From: Blepharisma stoltei ATCC 30299
Taxonomy: Eukaryota > Protista > Ciliophora
Direction: 5' to 3'
Assembly: GCA_965603825.1 (NCBI GenBank)
Contig: CBFDEM010000044.1
Coordinates: 558,001-622,000, forward strand
DNA length: 64,000 nt
Made by a program: the position numbers and the translations under genes
Notes under the pieces: generated by a model
Seen by the model: the letters and a program-made list of their open reading frames with translations, nothing else
Told to the model about the DNA's origin: nothing
The model's database searches: none
Shown: one piece after another, positions 57,534 to 64,000 of the stretch
Position numbering within the stretch: position 1 is the first letter of the stretch
Layout of the letters: every line of letters starts with the position of its first letter

Positions 57534-59013
57534 TTATCTCCCCTGTCACGTTTCAGGCGGATAATAAGCTGCAGCCCCAATCTGCATTTCTCTCATTTTT
57601 TCAAGATTTTTCAATCTGATTGAGTTGGTTCTTCTCCATTCTTCTAAATTGGGAATAGGTCTTCCTTCATAAGTCCAGTCGTGAATGAAGTGACAATTAT
57701 CGCCATGTGCGCACCCAGCAGGCGAGTGGAAATTTCTGCAGGCTTCAGTTTGATAATTTATAGGTTTATTTATATTTCCTGATATAAGTGCCTTTGGAAA
57801 ATAGCTAGGGAGAATTGGCTTTGCATTTCAATTACTAAGGTTTGATGAATCCATACCAGCCGACGGCATTTGTACAGGAATATAATTGGATACATTAGGC
57901 TTTTGGTTCTGGTCAATTTGCGGAGTAGCTTTTTTAGCAGGGATTTTTGTAACATCGACGGGGACCGTGCATGTAATATTTGATTCTTCAAAAGGAGCGT
58001 CAGGAATGTCTATTGTTGTGTGGTAGTTTGCTTTTAATGAATTTTTTTCTCTCGCGTCTTCTTCAAGAAATTCAGAGGAATTTATTATTTTTGGTTTTAT
58101 AGAAGAAATAGTTGAATATTCTATATAAAAAATACTTAATGGAAGTGAGTAAAACACGTAAGGCACCATGCTTTGTAAAGCGCTTTGTACGGCTTGGTTT
58201 TCTTGATTGATCTTTATAAAAAATTACTTGTGAATTCATTGATTTTTCTAATTGGATTTCTTTATTATAGCTTTCTTTAAATGCGGTATTGTTCATATAT
58301 TGGCCTCTTAAGTCTGGCAAAGGTCTTTTAGTTGCACAAGAAGTGTTAAAGTTGTCGAATTTCCAGAAATATTTCACGCTCTCGAGACCTTCAGCCCATC
58401 TTAACTATGAGTTTATGTCTTTAATATATATATACCTTACTATTTTGCTTGAAGAGCTTGATTCCGAGGTATCCGAACCTATCTCGTCGATCTTTTGTCT
58501 TCATTTTTCTTACCTTTTGATTATTTTTTCGTCTTCTTCTACGTCATTAAAGAATCCATTCCCAAATTTTTTGCTTAAATTTTTGCCAAGCATTTGGATA
58601 TTGAGATCTTGGGAATTTTCTAAAGATTTGACAATTTTCATTAGATCATTATCATAGAAGTGGTCATTAGTTATGGTAAAATTGGTTAGGACTGAGAGAA
58701 TGCCTTCAATTATATTTTTATCATTCTTCTCAGTGGACTTCTGATGATCTCTTAGCCAATTAGCCAAATATTTCGTTCCGCCTAGCTGGGTGAACTTGAT
58801 AAATACGGTCCTTTTCATCAACAAGGTCGTATGGATGATCTTTAGCAAAGCCAAGCGCCCTTCTGGATTCAATGTATTGCGCATTGATTCTAAAAGCCTT
58901 TCAGCTCATTGATTATCTGCTTCCTCTTCTGTACTATTCACAATATTTTGAAATTGCCTTTCAAGCTCGTTTGCAGTTGACGATATCATCTTATTTATTA
59001 CTTCATTAGCCAT
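57534..59013 (-). CDS. PNUTS/PPP1R10-like protein: TFIIS-N-like domain, PP1-docking KxVxW motif, C-terminal CCCH zinc finger; 3-4 introns, 3 TGA=Trp
   Basis: FTQLGGTKYLANWL (TFIIS-N like), KIVR|WAEGLESVKYF, SSE..EE.AREK...A.Y.....IPD.P.E, CRNFHSPAGCAHGDNCHFIH (C-x8-C-x5-C-x3-H). Confidence 0.75.
58121..58135 (-). other. Candidate stop-free, in-frame 15-nt intron GTATTTTTTATATAG
   Basis: Matches the GTA...A(-6)...AG consensus but is not required to keep the frame. Confidence 0.55.
58212..58227 (-). other. 16-nt intron GTAATTTTTTATAAAG
   Basis: Frame switch needed to join ORF 58072-58377 to ORF 57828-58169; A at -6. Confidence 0.85.
58400..58435 (-). other. Atypical 36-nt intron (alternative placement 58405-58440)
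   Basis: An in-frame TAG must be removed; only 36-nt GT-AG solutions keep the downstream frame. Confidence 0.6.
58499..58513 (-). other. 15-nt intron GTAAGAAAAATGAAG
   Basis: GT-AG, A at -6, removes in-frame TAA. Confidence 0.8.
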
Positions 59014-59119
59014 AGTTCCTTTTTATTAAACTATATTTTTTGCAATATTTGAATTAGGAAAGTAGCGATTTTGTATGATTTCTTAACAAAGGATTTTAAT
59101 TACTTGCAATTAGAGAAAT

Positions 59120-59680
59120 ATGGCTTCAAAAGATGCTCAGTTTCGAGACAGATTTTTTGATTCTAGATATAAGGTGGAGAAGACTAACAAAACATCAGCA
59201 GAAAAGTTGAACGAATTAAAAGCCAAGCTAGAATCTTCATTTAAATCCCCAAAAAACAATATAGACACTTCATGAAAAGCATTTCGCAGTGAAATCCGCA
59301 CACAGTCAACTACTAGCTTTACTATGCCTTCTTTTTCTCATTATCAAGACATTTCTAACTTCCGTCCTACAACGCCTAATAAGAGCTCAATTTTATCGCA
59401 GCCGGGCAGAATAAGACACCAAACAGAATTATTTAAGCAATTTTCTCCTTCAAGGACACCTAGTCCTTTGATACAGTCTCCAAGCGCGAATAAATTAATC
59501 TTTTCAGCAAATAAGAGAAAAATCCAGGAAACAGTCACCCAAGATGACTTGAGGAAAGCACTGGAAATTTTAGAAGAAATGAATGAAATGGACTGCAGTC
59601 AAATGAGTGCAGGGTATAAGCAAACTCTGATTAAATTTTGTAATCAAGTTTTGAGCAAACTGAGGTCAAGAGGCTTTTAA
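59120..59680 (+). CDS. Hypothetical protein, 186 aa, 1 TGA=Trp
   Basis: ATG 59120 is in frame with ORF 59324-59680; divergent from the PNUTS-like gene across 106 nt. Confidence 0.7.
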
Positions 59681-59913
59681 AACTGAAGTAGCTTAATTTA
59701 AATCTAATTTAATTCTACACAAGATTTGTAAGATTTATGAGACTGCAATGGAATCCAAAAATATGAAAAAATTTTGAATAGAAATTTACTATTAAAATGG
59801 AAGAAAAAGCTGAAAACTAAGCCATGATCTTCAGGCGAAGAAATTTCTGACATAAGTATCCATCACATTGATTTTTGAAGCAAATCGACAAGATGATTAT
59901 AATATTTATCGCA

Positions 59914-60954
59914 ATGAGTTTGGAAACAATGGAATACAGAAAACTTGGAACTTCAGGGCTCAAAGTCTCTGCCCTAAGCTATGGGTATTTGACGACCACT
60001 TTTGAAAATGATCACGAGCTTCATAAAAACTTGCTTGACCGCTGTGTCAGGGCTGGCATAAATTTTATAGACACTTCCGAGTTCTATGGTAACGGCAACT
60101 CTGAAACCATCCTCGGTGAAAATCTTAAAGAAATAGACCATGATAGAGATGATTTAATTATTTCTACTAAGCTTCATCCTACAGCTTTAGGCTCTATCCA
60201 AGGACTAACCAGAAAAAGAATTGTCCTTGGGCTCAATAATTCTTTACAAAGGCTCCAGCTTGACTATGTTGATGTCCTTTCTCTCCATAGATTTGACTAT
60301 GAAGTCCCTTTAAAAGAGCAGATTGCAGCTATTAATCAGCTTATTGAGACTGAAAAAGTTTTCTATTGGGGAAGCTCCATGTTCACCCCTCAGCAGCTTG
60401 CTCAATGTTATGCAATTTGTGAGAAATATGGATATTTATACCCAATTGTGGAACAATGTGAATATAGTATGCTGCAAAGGCAGATGGTAGAGGTTGATTA
60501 TACTCCACTTTTTGATGAATTTAAGTTGGGGACTGCTGTGTGGGGGCCGTTAGCTGGAGGATTATTGAGTGGGAAATATAATGATGGAAATATCCCGTCT
60601 GATTCAAGATTTGGGAAATATCAGCACCCAATTTTGGATACTCAATGGAAAAAACTTGTGGGGTGGAGGAAAAATAATGGCTCAGAACTTTTCCTGGAGC
60701 TTAAAAAAATATCAGAAGATCTTGGCTGTACTCAATCTCAGCTAGCGCTTGCTTGGGTACTTAGAAATCCTGATGTATCAACTGCGCTATTCGGGGCGAA
60801 AACTTTGGCTCAAATTGAAGATAATTTGGGTGCTCTTTCTGTCATTAAAAATCTGAATAAATCTACTCTTGATAGAATTGAAGAAGTTCTTGACAATAAG
60901 CCTGCGACTGCTATTAACTATAGAACTTTTACTCCAAGTCCTCCAAGAATTTAA
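59914..60954 (+). CDS. Aldo-keto reductase, Kv-beta (AKR6)-like
   Basis: MEYRKLGTSGLKVSALSYG, GINFIDTSEFYGNG.SE, ISTK, SLQRLQLDYVD...HRFD, PLAGGLLSGKY, QLALAWVL.NP.VST. Confidence 0.92.
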   Translation: MSLETMEYRKLGTSGLKVSALSYGYLTTTFENDHELHKNLLDRCVRAGINFIDTSEFYGNGNSETILGENLKEIDHDRDDLIISTKLHPTALGSIQGLTRKRIVLGLNNSLQRLQLDYVDVLSLHRFDYEVPLKEQIAAINQLIETEKVFYWGSSMFTPQQLAQCYAICEKYGYLYPIVEQCEYSMLQRQMVEVDYTPLFDEFKLGTAVWGPLAGGLLSGKYNDGNIPSDSRFGKYQHPILDTQWKKLVGWRKNNGSELFLELKKISEDLGCTQSQLALAWVLRNPDVSTALFGAKTLAQIEDNLGALSVIKNLNKSTLDRIEEVLDNKPATAINYRTFTPSPPRI

Positions 60955-61059
60955 ATTAATATTAATTATTTTATTATAAATTACCATGCAATTAATAATC
61001 TATTAATTTTTGGCAAAAATAAAATTCTGAAAATTGATAATTATTTTAAACTTGTCAAA

Positions 61060-61380
61060 TTAATTATGCCGAGCTGCATCCTTTAATATAAATTTAGCTA
61101 TTGTTATGTGTATTGCTGCTCTGCAAGGGCCAGGTGTTCCAGATTCTTCTTTTAAGCCTTCCACTTCTCTAATGAATGAAGATAATCCTAAAACTGCATC
61201 AAGCACTTTATGAGAAGTTCTTTTTTTGTATTTTTTTATTTTGCTTTTAAATTGCATGTGATTTCCTTTTAAGTATTCTAGTTCTAAAACTCCACAAATT
61301 TCTTCTAGATCCTTAATGATGTCTCTTGGATTTGCTTTCATTCGATCAGATTTTCGCTCAGATGAAGAATCGTTTTTCAT
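61060..61380 (-). CDS. Hypothetical protein, 106 aa
   Basis: ATG-TAA ORF with coding-like composition; no family recognised. Confidence 0.6.
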   Translation of the reverse strand: MKNDSSSERKSDRMKANPRDIIKDLEEICGVLELEYLKGNHMQFKSKIKKYKKRTSHKVLDAVLGLSSFIREVEGLKEESGTPGPCRAAIHITIAKFILKDAARHN

Positions 61381-61471
61381 ATTGGCCTTTTTTGTTCGAC
61401 TCTTTTGAAATTATAACAAAATCGAAAAATCTTTTAAAATACATATTAAATTTTTATCAAAATTATCATTA

Positions 61472-63025
61472 TTATTTTATATTTTGATTTTTAAGTTTTT
61501 TTGTTACAAAATCCACATTCTTCTCATTATGAGTTTGATAAGCTAAAAATTCTTCATAGTGGCTTTCCAATTTTTCTTTGCTCTGCACTTTGCATACTAA
61601 AGGCAAATCATAAACAATTTCAAACTCTAAAAAAGGATGAAAAAATGCAACAGATTCGTAGATTTCTTCAATATTTTTTATATCACATGATGCAGATATA
61701 AACCCTGAATATAGCTGTTGCACCACTCTTGCATTTTCAAAGTTTTGGGCTTCTCTATGGTCTTCTAGTCCTGCAGGGCCTTCTTCTCCGTCTCCAAAGC
61801 ACATTGATATATTATTGCATTCATTTTCTTCAAAAACTGGTGGAGATTCATGATAATCTGGACCTGAGTAGTATAATAAATTATAATTTGTCTGATAAAA
61901 AAATTTGCTGATCATCAAATAGAGAAGTCCAGACGCTGCAATTCTTGGGGTTATTTTAGCAATTCCGATATCGAGAACTCCAATGTCTAGAACTTGTAAT
62001 GACTCTCTGAATCTCTTATAAGCTTGATGGTTAGAGTATTTGAAGACAATTAGCCTTTTTTCAAGCTTTTTTTGCTCTTTTTTCTTCTGATCTGGGGGCA
62101 GGTGATCGAAATCTTTAGGCTTGTTATAATTTACACAACCAAAATGAAACTCTACAAATTTATCCCATTGACTCATAAGCCAATTTGTCCAATTATAAAT
62201 TGTGGCTGGGAAAATTTTCCAGTCAAGCCTGCTCAGAATAATTTTTTCCATCATCTTAATAGCAGGTAATGAATATCCATTATCAGCAGATTTAGCCCAC
62301 TCAGAGATTTTGGGAGCATAAACTTCTTCAGTTTTGGCAGCAATATACATAGCAGCTAAGCCAATTAATTGGAATTCATCTTTTTTTATTCCTTTTTGGA
62401 TAGATAAAAATCTATCTACATACGTAATCGACAGATGAAAAGTTTCACGTTTTAACGTAAATTCAGAGCTTACTTCCATCATTCAGTCGTATAGAATTGC
62501 ACGCATAGTCGCCGTTATATTGTTAGCTTGAATTGACTGTAAAGCGAAAGGATTAGGCATATATTCATACTCTTTTTCAATCATAGACTTAATATAGTCT
62601 TTATTTTCTGGTTTTCAATGGGAATGTGGAGCTTTTGAAATTTCTTCAATTCCTGATGTCTCAAATTCTGGCGGTGGAGCTTGAACACCATGAAATTCTT
62701 GAATAAATGAATTAGACCCTTTAGGAGTTAAGATCTGCTCGTTATCAAAAATTATCTCGCCACTTGAGGTTGGCTTACAAGGATAAGAAATAATTTCTAA
62801 AATTTCGTTGCATTCAAAGTCAATAGGAGAGCCACATTCGATTTCAAATTTTGTGGAAAAATTAACGCTTTTATGCCTTTCTCTTAAATGTCTTGATTTT
62901 AAAGAGTTTTTTATGTTTTGCTGATAAGTGGAAACCACATTATTTTCCTTTGGAATTGAAATAGTTTCTAAAGTTGATTTTCTGGAATGGTTAGGTCTTT
63001 TACTTCTCGTTTGTATTTTTTGCAT
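61472..63025 (-). CDS. Cyclin (cyclin E/A-like box), 517 aa, 2 TGA=Trp; true start may be 63105
   Basis: MRAILYD[TGA]MMEV equals MRAILxDWxxEV; RETFHL...YVDRFL, QLIGLAAMYIAAKTEE, ME..IL..LDW. Confidence 0.93.
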
Positions 63026-63233
63026 TTCTATTTCAAATTTATGGCTTATTTTCTTTGCTTCAGCTTTAGGTGAGGTAATGTGCGAGTCCTGCGTATTATT
63101 TCCATAATTTAAATTATGAAATGATATGAAATTAACCTGAGTTTTTTATAGGGAAGTATTTAAATGGAATTTTATGAAATTGCTATCATATGCTTGCTAT
63201 AAAAAAATTTTAAAACATACTTAATTAATAATT

Positions 63234-64000
63234 TTATTTTTCTTCATGAAGTGGGTCGTAGTTTTTAGGTTCATTTTTAGCTTCAAGTTCTGTTGAAGCT
63301 ATATTTCTAATATCAGCCATTTCAATTTCAAGCTTACGTTGTGATCTTTTATATTTTTTGTAAAAAATAAATGCAGAAACAAAAGAAAATGTAAAAATAA
63401 TTATAACACCCCAAATCAAAACTTTCCCAATCCAGCTTTGTGTCCAAGCCGCTTCATGTGACACACTTATAGGATTATAAGCAATTGTATTCATAGATCA
63501 GTTATTATACCATTCGCTTGATTCTGAAGCAGGCAGTATGGCTAAAATATTAATAACGCCATTATAATCTTCTAAGTCAATCATATAATAAGTCTTTCCA
63601 TTTTCAGTGTTTCCTATATTTTCACCGTTATCATAGCGGCAAGGGTAGTAAGTTCCACAATATGTAGACTTTTCTTCATGATCATCAGGAGTAAAGAAAA
63701 TTTTATAGTAAATTTCATTGAGATTTTTTAATTTTTCACCATTTTCATACATAGGAGCTTCCCATGTTAAATTTAATTTATTGCCTATTTTGTGAGCTGA
63801 AATAATACCATCATTACCAGGAACTATATTGACTTCTTTTGGCTGGCCAGGTTTTCTTAATCTTGCATAAATTTGGTAGCTTGCTGCTTCTGTTGTAGTA
63901 GTGCTGTTTAGCTGAGATACAGTGATATAATATTTACCTATAGCGTTATTGATAATTCCAGTAATTTTTCCATCAGTTATTCTTGCTATTTCTATATCAG
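63234..64000 (-). CDS. Type I membrane protein, 5' part outside window, 1 TGA=Trp
   Basis: Frame is open from the window edge. TM segment VLIWGVIIIFTFSFVSAFIFY followed by KKYKR and a short tail ending NYDPL. Confidence 0.75.

Noticed and set aside
20691-62617. Selenocysteine or Cys decoding of TGA
   Set aside because: Aligned positions are conserved Trp (calpain, ISWI, cyclin, kinase, methyltransferase), not Cys or redox motifs.
1-64000. Telomere repeats, tRNA/rRNA genes, transposases
   Set aside because: None recognised by eye. tRNAscan-SE and Infernal would be needed to exclude small RNAs.

Overview
AT-rich, gene-dense eukaryotic DNA that reads as a heterotrich ciliate macronuclear (somatic) chromosome, most consistent with Blepharisma. 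The supplied ORF track is fragmented because TGA is used here as a sense codon (Trp), with only TAA/TAG as stops, and because genes carry tiny 15-16 nt GT-AG introns. Retranslating with TGA=Trp and removing the micro-introns gives about 35 genes. They include Pirh2/RCHY1, eIF5A, a FIT-family protein, a ~3120 aa CFAP54, a PLAC8-OSBP fusion, PDAP1 and RAB5IF (plus a decayed tandem duplicate of both), a DEK1-like multipass calpain, two tandem aspartic proteases, a ~2070 aa Ig-like/furin/LNR multipass surface receptor, a PH-CAMK kinase, a methyltransferase, kinesin, a Rab1-like GTPase, a bacterial-type PGM1-related ATP-grasp ligase, taxilin, PARP, ISWI, a PNUTS-like protein, a Kv-beta-like aldo-keto reductase and a cyclin. 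No rRNA, tRNA, CRISPR array, transposase or telomere repeat was recognised. All translations and counts were done by eye and family calls come from remembered motifs, not database searches. Best leads: the probable horizontally acquired ATP-grasp ligase, an anomalous 36-nt intron at the PP1-docking motif of PNUTS, a 109-bp TA-bounded IES-like insertion in the duplicate, an 8-nt intergenic gap, gene- and context-biased UGA use, and the PLAC8-OSBP fusion.
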